Shown here: piece after piece, positions 27,821 to 38,491 of the stretch
Numbering within the stretch: the stretch's first letter is position 1
Layout of the letters: each line of letters starts with the position of its first letter
Source: Candidatus Dojkabacteria bacterium
GTDB lineage: Bacteria > Patescibacteriota > Dojkabacteria > JAOAGR01
NCBI GenBank assembly: GCA_026415655.1
Contig: JAOAGR010000002.1
Span: 5 to 64,004 of the forward strand
DNA: 64,000 nt
Reading direction: 5' to 3'
Notes under the pieces: generated by a model
What the model was told of the DNA's origin: nothing
Seen by the model: the letters and a program-made list of their open reading frames with translations, nothing else
Databases searched by the model: none
Made by a program: the position numbers and the translations under genes

Positions 27821-30112
27821 ATGGCAAAAAAGAAGCAAATAACAATAAAAGATCCAGAAACTAGAGGAATATTTGGTATTATTTGTCTTGCTTTATCATT
27901 ACTTTTGGGTGCTAGTATATTTTTTGAGTCACCTATTATTGATTTTATAAAGAGATATTTTGGTGTTGGGGTTTTTGTAATGACTATTTTTTTGTTTTTG
28001 CTATCTTTACGTTTGCTTGGTGCCAAAAAAAAATATAATACGCCAAAAGTTTTGTTTTTCATATTGTTATTTTTGTTTAGTTTGCTTCCTTTAGTACATA
28101 TATTTGCTGATCCTTTGCGTAGTTTTGAGATAGCCGATTCGGGAGGTTTTGGAGGATTAATTGGTTATTATCTATTGCTACAATTCAAGGTTTTGGGTCT
28201 TGAAGCAACTTTTATTTTACTTGCGTTATCAACAGTCTTTTCGTTGTTGATGGCATTAAATCTTTCGTTTGAGCAGATAGGTAATTTCCTTTCTCTGTGT
28301 TTTGAACTATTTATTAAACTAATCAATTTTTTTGTTGAAATATCAATAAAAGTAATATTATTTATCCAAAAAGCCTTAGATAAGAAAAAAAGTCTTGAAG
28401 TTAATATTTCTCTTCAAAAAAATGAAAAAACTAAAAAAAGTGAGAATAAAGATATTGAAAAATCAGAATCGGATGAAGTTTCTATCAATTTATCTCCGAT
28501 AAAAATGGTTAGTGATATCTCAACGGCAGTTAAGTCTTTTACAGAATCTAAACCTGATGTTGAGATTAAAATTAAAGATGACAAATCAAACTCTGAGAAT
28601 CTAGTTAAAAAGACAAATGTACAACCTGTACCACTAGATTTATCATTGAGGCAGTATCCTGATTGGCAACTCCCACCACTTGATATATTAGATCCTATAA
28701 AACCAAAACAACAAGATTCTAAAGAAGTCATAGAAAGAAAAGCAAGGGCAATTATAGAGACCTTAAATAGTTTTAATATTAAAGCTGAAATTTTAGGTTA
28801 TTCTATAGGACCTACGGTTACACAATTTTTTATTGATCCGGCAGCTGGTATTAAATTCTCAAAAATAGCTAATCTGTCAAAGGATTTGGCATTAACTCTG
28901 GCATCTCCTTCGGATCTACGCATAGAACTTGTTCCGGGTAAGTCATATATTGGTATTGATGTACCGAATGACATACGGCAAACTACACAATTACGTGAAG
29001 CAATAAAACCAATTTATGACAATCCAAACAAATACACACTTGGCCTTGCTGTTGGTATAGATATACAGGGTAATCCTGTATGTCGAGATTTAGCATCAGC
29101 CCCTCATTTGTTGGTTGCTGGTGCTACAGGGCAGGGTAAATCTGTTTTAGTTAATGCATTCATTATCAGCTTATTGATGAGAAAAACTCCTGATGAATTA
29201 AAGTTTATATTGATCGATCCCAAAATGGTTGAGATGGCTCCATATGATGGAATTCCTCACCTACTTACTCCACCAATAACAGATATGTCAAAAGCTTCAT
29301 CGGCTCTTAAATGGGCTGTCAACGAAATGGAAGAACGTTATAAGATATTGAAAGAAGCTGGAGTTAGAAATATTGCTGATTACATAGCAATAACAGGTAA
29401 ATTGATGCCATATATAGTAATTATCGTTGACGAGTTCTCTGATTTGATGATGCAATATAGACAGGACGTTGAGACCTCGATTATTCGCCTTGCTCAGAAA
29501 TCCCGTGCAGTTGGCATACATTTGATTATCGCCACGCAGAGACCAACAGCAGATGTTATCACGGGGCTTATTAAATCAAATATACCAGCGCGTATTGCAC
29601 TTGCTGTTGCTTCTTCTATGGATTCCCGAGTAATCTTAGATTCTACTGGTGCTGAGACACTTCTCGGTAAAGGAGATCTTTTAGTGAAGACCGCAAATGA
29701 CCTCAAACCAAGTCGCGTTCAGGGGGTATTTATTGATGATAAAGGTGAAAATAGTGAATTTTATAGAATACTGAATTTTATAAAAAAACAGGCACCTGAT
29801 GTGGTGTATAACGATGAAAGCATACTCAAAGCGGGAGTTGAATCAGAAGGAATAAATGGAGAAGTAATGTCTGATGATCCATTATTTAGACAAGCGGCTG
29901 AGATTGTTGTGTCTGCTCAGAAAGGATCAGCTTCACTTTTGCAAACAAAAATGAAAATCGGATATGCGCGTGCAGCAAGACTTATCGATGAGCTAGAAAT
30001 GGCTGGTATTGTTGGACCGCAAGATGGACCTAGGCCGAGAGAAGTGTTGATATCCTCACTAGAAGCTTTAGACGCATTTTTTAATCAAAGAGAAGAAGTA
30101 GCAAATAATTGA
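27821..30112 (+). CDS. ftsK: DNA translocase FtsK/SpoIIIE
   Basis: N-terminal TMs, PHLLVAGATGQGKS Walker A, IIVDEFSDLM, ATQRP and a C-terminal gamma domain (IGYARAARLID). Confidence 0.96.
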   Translation: MAKKKQITIKDPETRGIFGIICLALSLLLGASIFFESPIIDFIKRYFGVGVFVMTIFLFLLSLRLLGAKKKYNTPKVLFFILLFLFSLLPLVHIFADPLRSFEIADSGGFGGLIGYYLLLQFKVLGLEATFILLALSTVFSLLMALNLSFEQIGNFLSLCFELFIKLINFFVEISIKVILFIQKALDKKKSLEVNISLQKNEKTKKSENKDIEKSESDEVSINLSPIKMVSDISTAVKSFTESKPDVEIKIKDDKSNSENLVKKTNVQPVPLDLSLRQYPDWQLPPLDILDPIKPKQQDSKEVIERKARAIIETLNSFNIKAEILGYSIGPTVTQFFIDPAAGIKFSKIANLSKDLALTLASPSDLRIELVPGKSYIGIDVPNDIRQTTQLREAIKPIYDNPNKYTLGLAVGIDIQGNPVCRDLASAPHLLVAGATGQGKSVLVNAFIISLLMRKTPDELKFILIDPKMVEMAPYDGIPHLLTPPITDMSKASSALKWAVNEMEERYKILKEAGVRNIADYIAITGKLMPYIVIIVDEFSDLMMQYRQDVETSIIRLAQKSRAVGIHLIIATQRPTADVITGLIKSNIPARIALAVASSMDSRVILDSTGAETLLGKGDLLVKTANDLKPSRVQGVFIDDKGENSEFYRILNFIKKQAPDVVYNDESILKAGVESEGINGEVMSDDPLFRQAAEIVVSAQKGSASLLQTKMKIGYARAARLIDELEMAGIVGPQDGPRPREVLISSLEALDAFFNQREEVANN

Positions 30113-30134
30113 CAAGCAAATTATAATTTTGGGT

Positions 30135-30737
30135 ATGGCAGATGATAAAAGAAATCAAGCAAGAAAAGATAATCAAAAAGAAGAAGTAGAACAGAAATTA
30201 CATTCTGAACAAAATCAAGAGCAATTATTGGTAGAACAACAAGTTAATACACAGCAAAAAGATAAATTGGATGAAGATCAAAATATCGGAACTGAAGCTC
30301 AAGAACTGAGTGAAAGGCCTTTGGAAGATTATAAAGATAAATATATTCGACTACAGGCAGAATTTGCTAATTTTGCACGTCAAAAGGAACAAGAGGTTTT
30401 ATCTGCTACCAAGTTTGCCAAAAATAATATATTGTTGAGAGTCCTAGAAGTTATTGACGATATCGAGGCTTATTTGGCACAGGAAAATATAAATGAAGAG
30501 GTAAAAAATATTTTAAATATTTTGCTAGCCAAATTGAATCTCCTTATAACTCTTGAGGGGGTAACTGTAGTGGAAATTAACCCTGGCGATGATTTTGACT
30601 ATACAATAGCTGAAGTTGTAGATACCACCCCATCTCAAGATGACTCCCAGAAGGGTAAAGTAGCTTATGTGATCAAGAAATGCTATAAGATTTATGATAA
30701 AGTATTAAGAACAGCAAAAATAATTGTATTCAAATAA
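30135..30737 (+). CDS. grpE: Nucleotide exchange factor GrpE (ATG 30135)
   Basis: Acidic N-terminus, RLQAEFAN, G..FD, KCY....VLR.A. Confidence 0.9.
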   Translation: MADDKRNQARKDNQKEEVEQKLHSEQNQEQLLVEQQVNTQQKDKLDEDQNIGTEAQELSERPLEDYKDKYIRLQAEFANFARQKEQEVLSATKFAKNNILLRVLEVIDDIEAYLAQENINEEVKNILNILLAKLNLLITLEGVTVVEINPGDDFDYTIAEVVDTTPSQDDSQKGKVAYVIKKCYKIYDKVLRTAKIIVFK

Positions 30738-31621
30738 TGAAGAAATATATTAGGAAGCGGATACTTCGTATCAAGTATACGGATCTTATTCAGCCACTAT
30801 TTACTCTAGTAATATTGGGATTTATTGGATTTTTGATTTTTAATATGTTTGGCGAAAGCCAAACACGAGAACAGAAAGTAATAAAGGAAATTTATAAAAT
30901 ATTTACTTTTGATGAAATGGTGCAAAACATGACCAGTGGAAAATTGCAGATACTTACTAATGGCGTCATATACTTTTATACTGATAATACAAGCTCGATT
31001 GACACTCCTAATGCAAGTCCGAGTACTTTATCGATAACAAATACAACTACAACAAATACCCCAACACCTACGAAAACAACAACGGTTGAACGCAAACTAG
31101 ACAATCATTATTTTTATACTGAAAAGGGTAATCTGATAAGAGTAGAGGATAGAAATTTTGGTGCTAATAATACAATTTTTGTTGATAAGGATGGTTCTGT
31201 GGTTGTAGCTTCTGGATTGACAGGTAAATATATTAGATACCCCGAACCAGCTGATGATGAAAGCGATGAAATAAAATCTATTTTTTTAGGCATGAGAAAT
31301 TTTATTACTAGTATATATCCAATAGGAGCATTAATTAATGATTATAAAAATGAAAAATTTTTTCCTGTGGAAAGAGCTAATAACATATTTAGTGGTAAAT
31401 GGAGACATCCACTTTTTACATCTGACAAAGTATTAGATGTTATCATAAGTGTAGATGGTGCTACAGGTTTTGTAGACACTATCAAGATTGCTACGGTGCC
31501 AGAGACATCTATTACTCTACAGGTACGAACACTTAATGAAAACTATGATTTTTATTTTTTACCACAGGGATATAAAGAACAAGAATTAGATTACAAATAT
31601 CGTACAAAAAATAATAAATGA
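30737..31621 (+). CDS. Membrane-anchored extracytoplasmic protein with a Thr/Pro-rich segment
   Basis: Single N-terminal TM, TTTTNTPTPTKTTT; C-terminal VD..TG and F.LPQGY weakly LolA/DUF4412-like. Confidence 0.6.
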   Translation: MKKYIRKRILRIKYTDLIQPLFTLVILGFIGFLIFNMFGESQTREQKVIKEIYKIFTFDEMVQNMTSGKLQILTNGVIYFYTDNTSSIDTPNASPSTLSITNTTTTNTPTPTKTTTVERKLDNHYFYTEKGNLIRVEDRNFGANNTIFVDKDGSVVVASGLTGKYIRYPEPADDESDEIKSIFLGMRNFITSIYPIGALINDYKNEKFFPVERANNIFSGKWRHPLFTSDKVLDVIISVDGATGFVDTIKIATVPETSITLQVRTLNENYDFYFLPQGYKEQELDYKYRTKNNK

Positions 31622-31624
31622 AAG

Positions 31625-33562
31625 TCATTTTATCCATCTACAGTTAAGTTTTCTATTGTTTTCTAAATTGGCTATATTTGGGCATACCGATCTATGTATT
31701 TTTATACCACTAAATCTTGTAACAACAGCTATGATATCATCACCAAAAATGGGCTTACAGCACTTAGCAAACTGATATTCGCTATTTTCTAAACCGTCAA
31801 TAATTATAGTCTTGTTAGTTTTGCCTGTTATGTTGGTTGATCTATTATCCTGTTTTGACGATTTAAAAATGTTGTGATTATCCTGAGATATTGTTTCTTT
31901 TATTATAGATTCTAATGTTCGATTTTTGATTAATCCCTGTGCTATACGTACAAATAAAGTTTCTTCGCTATCCAAATTTAACTTTTGTATTATCTTTTCT
32001 TTATTTTGCGTAGTAATTTTTTTCCATGAGAGAGTAAAATGTTCATTTAATACAAAGTCAAGTTTGATTTTTCCTATATTGATTAGCTCTTCTTTTTGTA
32101 CAAATTTACGATATTCGGACCTAATTTTATCCTTTGTAGATTTCATCCTGGCTATTTCGAGCCATGATAATGAGGGCTTCTTATTGGTCTTCGAAGTTAT
32201 AATTTCTACAATATCCGCATTGTTCAAAACATAATTCATTTTTACATGTGAATTGTTGACCTTAGCGCCGATAAAGTTGTTACCAACGGCTGTATGGATA
32301 GCATATGCAAAATCTATGGGTGTTGAACCTTTTTCCAATTCAATTATTTTTCCTTTTGGTGTGATGACGAAAATTCTGTCATCAAACAGATTTATACTAT
32401 AGTCGATACCTTGAGACCATTTGTTTAGATCTTCTGTCCACTTATATTCGGTATTTGCGTGTACATGTTTACGATTTGCTAATTTATAGGCAATATGTGA
32501 GGCGGGGCCAAATTCGTTATAATGATGCATATCTTCTGTTTTGATCTGTATCTCTACAAAATGATGCCCATATTGAATTGTAGTCTGTAAAGATTTATAT
32601 CCATTTGGTTTTGGTTTGGCTATATAATCATCAAATTCTCCCGGTAAGTAATCTAGATTTTGATGAACTATTCCAAGTATTGTATAACAATCTTTAGGTT
32701 CTCCATTTATAACTACAGATATTGCTATAAGATCCTTTATTCTGTTAATTTTGTCAAGATCAAATTCTTTTATTTTGCCTTCACGAATGTATTTATGTAT
32801 TTTATTATAAATAGAATAAACTGATTTAATCCTACCAAATATTCGATAGGGAAATGATATATTATTGATTTTAATTAGTTCATCAACTTTTTGAATTATT
32901 TTGGCTAAAGTAGAAGGGTTAATTTTGATCTCTTCTTGTACTACACGTTTTATATTGTGATAAAGTAATGGGTCTTTTTTGAAAAATGCTATATCCTCAA
33001 GTTCTCTTTTCCAAGAGTGTATACCTATATATTCACAAAGTTGCACATAGACGTTGAGTGTTTCAATTGCATATCTTTGTTGTTTTTCTGGTTTTAGCGC
33101 ATCGATTGTGCGCATATTATCGAGTCTATCAGCAAGTTTTATAAGTAAAATTCTTATATCCTGTACTGATCTGATGATTAGCTTTCTCAGATTATCGAAT
33201 TCTGAATACCTTTCTAATGATCTATCAGCTATTGCATCTACTTTTGTTACACCATCAACAAGTGTTGCAATCTCCCATCCAAATTTTTCAGCAATATATT
33301 TTTTATCAACATTGCAATCTTCAATAGTGTCATGCAGTAGTGAGGCTGCAACAGCTTCTTCGCTAATACCAAGTTTTGCTATATCAATGGATACTCTCAT
33401 GGGATGGACTATATATGGGTCACCACTTTTGCGTAACTGTCCTTCATGTAATTTATATGCCTCGTTAAAGACTTTAATAATAAGATTAATATCGTATCCT
33501 TTCTCAGTACACACATTCAATAATTCTTGTTTGAGTGTTTGAATATCCGTGTTAACTTTCAT
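31625..33562 (-). CDS. rel: Bifunctional (p)ppGpp synthetase/hydrolase Rel (HD-SYNTH-TGS-ZFD, no ACT)
   Basis: RKSGDPYIVHP, LHDTIED, KLADRLDNMRT, RIKS, PKPNGYKSL, EIQIKT, DFAYAIHT, AKCCKP. Confidence 0.95.
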   Translation of the reverse strand: MKVNTDIQTLKQELLNVCTEKGYDINLIIKVFNEAYKLHEGQLRKSGDPYIVHPMRVSIDIAKLGISEEAVAASLLHDTIEDCNVDKKYIAEKFGWEIATLVDGVTKVDAIADRSLERYSEFDNLRKLIIRSVQDIRILLIKLADRLDNMRTIDALKPEKQQRYAIETLNVYVQLCEYIGIHSWKRELEDIAFFKKDPLLYHNIKRVVQEEIKINPSTLAKIIQKVDELIKINNISFPYRIFGRIKSVYSIYNKIHKYIREGKIKEFDLDKINRIKDLIAISVVINGEPKDCYTILGIVHQNLDYLPGEFDDYIAKPKPNGYKSLQTTIQYGHHFVEIQIKTEDMHHYNEFGPASHIAYKLANRKHVHANTEYKWTEDLNKWSQGIDYSINLFDDRIFVITPKGKIIELEKGSTPIDFAYAIHTAVGNNFIGAKVNNSHVKMNYVLNNADIVEIITSKTNKKPSLSWLEIARMKSTKDKIRSEYRKFVQKEELINIGKIKLDFVLNEHFTLSWKKITTQNKEKIIQKLNLDSEETLFVRIAQGLIKNRTLESIIKETISQDNHNIFKSSKQDNRSTNITGKTNKTIIIDGLENSEYQFAKCCKPIFGDDIIAVVTRFSGIKIHRSVCPNIANLENNRKLNCRWIK

Positions 33563-34568
33563 AATTTATTGAATATTTTGTACTTTTACCGTTTCCCTCC
33601 GACTTTAATATACCCTTATCACATAAATATATTAAGTCTCTATATGCTGTCATCGGAGAGACTTTAAATAATTTGCAGTATTCATTACGATTAATATAAA
33701 CTTTTTTTCTTAAGATATTAATTAGATTAATTTGCCTTTCATTGAGATCTAAATTTTCTAATTTGTTTTCAAATGACGCAAATAAAGTTCTATTTCTTAA
33801 CTCAAGAATGTTGTAAAACTCTTTTGAAACAAGATTTATGAGCTCTGTTACAAAATTTTCTGAATTAATGTTTTTTCTAATAAAATTATCTAGATCAGGA
33901 ATTTGTAGTATAGATAATGCCGTTGGTATAGTACCGTGTAGATCGTATTGATAATAATGTAGCACTAGTTTAAATAATAGTATTCCAACAATAAAATTAA
34001 ATGCATAAAATGGTGCGGTACTAGTTATAATGGCAAATATTATTATAGATTTAATAACAGGGTGAATTTCTTTCTTTAAAGATGCGTAATTGATCGTTTC
34101 TATAGTGATATTATTTGTATTTTCAATTTTGGGATATTCTATAAAGTTTGGATCGTAAGCCTCTTTATTTTTTATTTTTTCATACGTATTACGTGTACGG
34201 CTAATATAAATTTCACTGATGAGATTTTTTTGTGTAAATCTTAGTATTTGTTGTAAATCATAAAAATCAATTTCGGTTGTAGTATTTTTATTTAATATAT
34301 ACTGATTCGCATCAAAATAATTTTTCGCTATCCATTCCTCTTTTGTCTTGGCAATGCCAGTGTTAATTATCTTTCTAACATCTCCTCTACTGATTTGTAG
34401 GTGTATAAGATTAAAAATATATAATATTTCCTCTTCTATGGATAAGTTTTGTAGTTCTTCTTTTTTTTTAATATTCTGATCTATCGTTTTATTAATATAG
34501 TATATAAGAGCCTCTATCTTTGATATATAAACAAGAGCTGGATCACTGATTTTATATAATATCTCCAT
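33552..34568 (-). CDS. Degenerate Fic-like protein with C-terminal winged HTH
   Basis: HPVIKS...TSTAPFYAFNF aligns with the Fic HPxI.A...IHPFxDGNGR region; C-terminal LNERQ...VSPMTAYRDL..L...G.L...G.G.STKY wHTH. Confidence 0.7.
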   Translation of the reverse strand: MEILYKISDPALVYISKIEALIYYINKTIDQNIKKKEELQNLSIEEEILYIFNLIHLQISRGDVRKIINTGIAKTKEEWIAKNYFDANQYILNKNTTTEIDFYDLQQILRFTQKNLISEIYISRTRNTYEKIKNKEAYDPNFIEYPKIENTNNITIETINYASLKKEIHPVIKSIIIFAIITSTAPFYAFNFIVGILLFKLVLHYYQYDLHGTIPTALSILQIPDLDNFIRKNINSENFVTELINLVSKEFYNILELRNRTLFASFENKLENLDLNERQINLINILRKKVYINRNEYCKLFKVSPMTAYRDLIYLCDKGILKSEGNGKSTKYSINYES

Positions 34569-34622
34569 TAGGTAAAATTATACCATCATAAACAGACTAC
34601 TTGCTTTAGCTTATATTCAGTT

Positions 34623-36926
34623 TTAAGGATTGTTGACTTCGGTTTGGTTTTTTTCTTTCGAATTGTTCTCTTCACAGAATTTTATGTCATTATCTATATC
34701 CCAAATCATATATAAATCTCTGTTCGCAAGCTTATCTTTCGACTCTTTAAATAAATTATAGATTTTTAAAGCCTCTGTACATTGGTTAGTAAGTTTATAT
34801 AAATCAGCTAATCCTTCATTATATTCATCCAAAATAGGTAAATAGATTATTGCCTCTTGAATATAAGGTGATGCCTGATTTGGATTTGCAGTATCGAGAA
34901 AGATTCTTCCGATCCTGAAAAGTGTATCAGGATGACGATTGTAAAGAGTCAATACATTTTGGAAGTAGGTTAAAGCGGTATTATAAGCATCAAAGTTCAT
35001 ATTTTGTCCATCAGAGAAGGTATTTTGTAATCTTCCAATCTCATAATAATAGTACCCCATCAAATAGTGATTTTTATATTCATAAGGATTATTTGCGATT
35101 GCACGATTAAGAAGTGTTATATTGTTATTGATAGTACTATTAATAAAATTCTGGTCTTCTTCAGAAATTTGATAATTTGAATCCACTCTTTTGTTTACAA
35201 TCAGTTCGTTAACTTTGTTAGTTAATATATTTAATTGAGCTGTTGAAAATTCTCTTAAATAAATGTCATTATATGGCTGCCACGATATAGCGTTTAACAC
35301 ATTATTGGTATACTGAGAAAATAGCTTTTCATCATTTGAGCTTCTAGAATATTCAATCAAATATTTTTTTGCAGCATTAATATAATAGTTACCAATTCCT
35401 ATAGGCAATAGACTATAAATTGTAAAACTAATTACTATTAGTATTATTATTGGTACAACATAATTAAATCCGACTATTGGTTTGGAGAATCTACCTTTTG
35501 CAAAGAGTAAAATTTTTGATGCAGGATTTTCTATATTCATAAATGAAACAAGTAATATGTTAGTAAAGAATGCAAGCATCAATGCTGTAGTGTCTAGTCT
35601 ATAAAGAAGCATAAAGAAAAATATGAATGCATTTGTTGTACCTAAAAATACGGTAGTAAAATCATAATTGTAAATACCGTTTTGGATCATTCTAAATATT
35701 GGCCATAAAAATATTAATATTATCAGTAAGATCCCCATCACGCCTAAATCGTGAATTATTTGAAGTACAAATGTAGATGCATGTATGGCTCGTAGCTCAT
35801 AAACAGATGGTGCCTGTGCGTTTATGGTGAGAGGAGTCTGGATTTGCCCATTGATATTTGCTGGATTTTGTAACCCTGATGGTTTATATATATCAAAGGT
35901 ATACATATAAGATCCAAATCCATTACCAAGAAGAATTGAATTAATGTTAGATTGAGAATATTTAGATAATATAACTCGCCAAGATAAATCAATACTTTGA
36001 GTGCGTACAGAGGGTAAGAGTATACCTAGTTGAGCCAGAATTATGTAAGAAATAATACCAACTAACCATGGAATTATCACGATTAAATGAAAAATTATTG
36101 ATTTAAATTTAATTGATGTCCTTGCTGTTGAATACATAAATACAATAAACGCTACAATTAAACTGGTCTCAAAGATTGGTATAGGAAGTGAGATAATTTT
36201 TGTCACTAAAAAGAACGATAGTATATTAACAAGTGTTGCAAGTAAATCAATAATTAAAATAATCTGATTTTTTCTAATAGAGAGTTCAGAGTTTAATATA
36301 CGAATAATATTTATATATCCTAAACATATTGCAATAAAAAATACAAAAGCTGCAGATCTTAGATCTCCACTAGGATAGAAATTTACATTATTGACGAAAT
36401 TGCTTAATGATGGATTGGAGATAATAAATTCTGTGCTCAACCTTATAATTAAATACGATCCGGATAAGCTAATACCAATGTATATTGCTCTCAATAAAGG
36501 GAAAAAATTCGATCTATTTTCAATAATGTTCAAAGATAAAAACGCGAATATAATTAGATTTATGCATTCAATAAATGAATTATCTATAGTATAAAAATTA
36601 CCAAACATATTATTCAGATAGAAAGGTGAATAAAATATAGAAAATATACTCAAAAGCCCAAGAAGAATTATAAATATGTTGTGTGATGTAAAAATGAATC
36701 TTATTTCTTTTTCTTTGTATATCTTATAGAACCAGTACGCAAGCAAAGATAAATTGATAATAGATAATATTAGAACTTTAGAAAAGGTCAATGATCCAAA
36801 GTAGCTTAGCGAATCAAAATATATGTTTGGGTTAATATATGGATTAAAGAAAAAGAAAAATAAGGAAATCAAAATATAAAATACATACTTTGCATCTATT
36901 TTTTTTAACACAGAGTTTATATTCAT
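34623..36926 (-). CDS. O-antigen ligase/Wzy_C-like multi-pass protein with C-terminal TPR
   Basis: Many TMs, LLGNGFGSY, H...LQ..HDLG.MG Wzy_C-like loop, C-terminal TPR-like helices (AIANNPY). Confidence 0.75.
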   Translation of the reverse strand: MNINSVLKKIDAKYVFYILISLFFFFFNPYINPNIYFDSLSYFGSLTFSKVLILSIINLSLLAYWFYKIYKEKEIRFIFTSHNIFIILLGLLSIFSIFYSPFYLNNMFGNFYTIDNSFIECINLIIFAFLSLNIIENRSNFFPLLRAIYIGISLSGSYLIIRLSTEFIISNPSLSNFVNNVNFYPSGDLRSAAFVFFIAICLGYINIIRILNSELSIRKNQIILIIDLLATLVNILSFFLVTKIISLPIPIFETSLIVAFIVFMYSTARTSIKFKSIIFHLIVIIPWLVGIISYIILAQLGILLPSVRTQSIDLSWRVILSKYSQSNINSILLGNGFGSYMYTFDIYKPSGLQNPANINGQIQTPLTINAQAPSVYELRAIHASTFVLQIIHDLGVMGILLIILIFLWPIFRMIQNGIYNYDFTTVFLGTTNAFIFFFMLLYRLDTTALMLAFFTNILLVSFMNIENPASKILLFAKGRFSKPIVGFNYVVPIIILIVISFTIYSLLPIGIGNYYINAAKKYLIEYSRSSNDEKLFSQYTNNVLNAISWQPYNDIYLREFSTAQLNILTNKVNELIVNKRVDSNYQISEEDQNFINSTINNNITLLNRAIANNPYEYKNHYLMGYYYYEIGRLQNTFSDGQNMNFDAYNTALTYFQNVLTLYNRHPDTLFRIGRIFLDTANPNQASPYIQEAIIYLPILDEYNEGLADLYKLTNQCTEALKIYNLFKESKDKLANRDLYMIWDIDNDIKFCEENNSKEKNQTEVNNP

Positions 36927-37015
36927 AGCGTATTATCTATTATTTAACATTTATGACCATACCTTGCAAGAATTAAAATTTGGTTGCTTAAAATGTTATA
37001 ATGTAGTAGATTTTT

Positions 37016-38470
37016 ATGTTAAATATAAAAAATTTGCTTTATAAACGTTTTGAAAAAATTGATCGTCGTTCAAATCTGATTAAACTAAGCCATATAAAAA
37101 AAAGATTAGAAAGTCAATCAAAAGAGATAAACATTGATGGGAAAAAAACAAATTTTAGAAAAGAGATAATCAAATTTTTATTAAAAACAATGGGATTTAT
37201 ATTGCTTTTTTTTATATCAACTTTTCAAAAATTAAATAAATTTAATCGACGTGTTTTTAATAAAGTAAGATTGTATTCTAATTATATTAATGGAGTATAT
37301 AAAAAATACTTATTATCTTTATCATTAATACTTCTTTTCGTTGTCAGTATTTTTTTTTATTTATTTACAGGTAATAATAAATTTGAGCTTTTTTCAAAAT
37401 ATTCCGACTATAACAACCAAGGAAGACTTTACGAGATAATGTCTAGTCGTTCGGTAGATATAGGTATGTTTTCAACTAGACAGTTACGAATTATTCAACA
37501 TATAGTCAAAGAAGGGGATACCTTAGAAAGTATTGCAAATAAATATAGTACAGAAGATAATAAAATAAGTGTTGATTCTATAATTTGGACTAATGGTCTC
37601 AAACCTAATCAGATCCTCAAGCCGGGAATGATGCTAGAAATACCACCGGTAAACGGAATTATACACACAGTAAAGAGTGGAGAAAATATTATTAGCATAG
37701 CCAAAAAATACAACCTACTGACTGACAACTCGTCTAACGAAGCAGTTTTGGGAATAACACAGCAAATAGTAGATATAAATCTACTTGATGTAATAACTAA
37801 GCTTGATGATAAAGGAGAAGAGTATAAAGAAATAATTATAGTTGAAGGGCAGAAACTCATTATACCAGGCGGATATATTAAGCCTACCCCTACACCTACC
37901 CCAAGACCGCGTCAGCCAGTATATGCGAACAATACTAACAATAACCAAAATAATAATGTAGCTGTTTCCGATGGGTATCTAAGGTGGATATTAACATCTG
38001 GACCAACAAATGGAACTTATGCACTTTGTAAAGAAGATCCACCAATATCAGGTGTAGAGGAGGATGGATGGATATGGCCTGTCTATGAAGGAATTGGAGT
38101 TATTACAAATTATTTTAATAGATATTATCATAAAGGATTAGACATCGCTTATGGATCTAGCAACTATGGTCCATACTTAGTTTCTATGGCCAATGGATAT
38201 ATATTTTCTATGAGATGGGAAAATGGGGGAGGGGCCTATGTTGCGCGTGTTATGACTGATTCTGGATATATTTTGGGGTATTCTCACATGGCATGTTTTA
38301 GGAAAGATTTGTACGAGGCTTTAATGCGTGGTGAAAAAGTTCGCATAAAAAAGGGAGAAATTATCGGAAGAATGGGTAATACAGGTAATAGTACGGGGCC
38401 ACACGTACATTTAGAAGTTATTCAGGGGGGAGTTTATTTAGATCCGTGTGTAGTTATTGATAGATGTTAA
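37016..38470 (+). CDS. LysM-containing M23 peptidase
   Basis: TM, two LysM repeats (HIVKEGDTLESIA; HTVKSGENIISIAKKY), PT linker, HKGLD, GNTGNSTGPHVH. Confidence 0.92.
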   Translation: MLNIKNLLYKRFEKIDRRSNLIKLSHIKKRLESQSKEINIDGKKTNFRKEIIKFLLKTMGFILLFFISTFQKLNKFNRRVFNKVRLYSNYINGVYKKYLLSLSLILLFVVSIFFYLFTGNNKFELFSKYSDYNNQGRLYEIMSSRSVDIGMFSTRQLRIIQHIVKEGDTLESIANKYSTEDNKISVDSIIWTNGLKPNQILKPGMMLEIPPVNGIIHTVKSGENIISIAKKYNLLTDNSSNEAVLGITQQIVDINLLDVITKLDDKGEEYKEIIIVEGQKLIIPGGYIKPTPTPTPRPRQPVYANNTNNNQNNNVAVSDGYLRWILTSGPTNGTYALCKEDPPISGVEEDGWIWPVYEGIGVITNYFNRYYHKGLDIAYGSSNYGPYLVSMANGYIFSMRWENGGGAYVARVMTDSGYILGYSHMACFRKDLYEALMRGEKVRIKKGEIIGRMGNTGNSTGPHVHLEVIQGGVYLDPCVVIDRC

Positions 38471-38491
38471 TCTAAATATTAAAATCAATTT

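Noticed and set aside
30109-30127. TTGACA and TATAAT as a single consensus promoter
   Set aside because: The spacer is only 7 nt; only the -10 was kept, as a leaderless candidate.
33054-33542. 162-aa plus-strand ORF
   Set aside because: Antisense to the rel HD domain; shadow-like composition.
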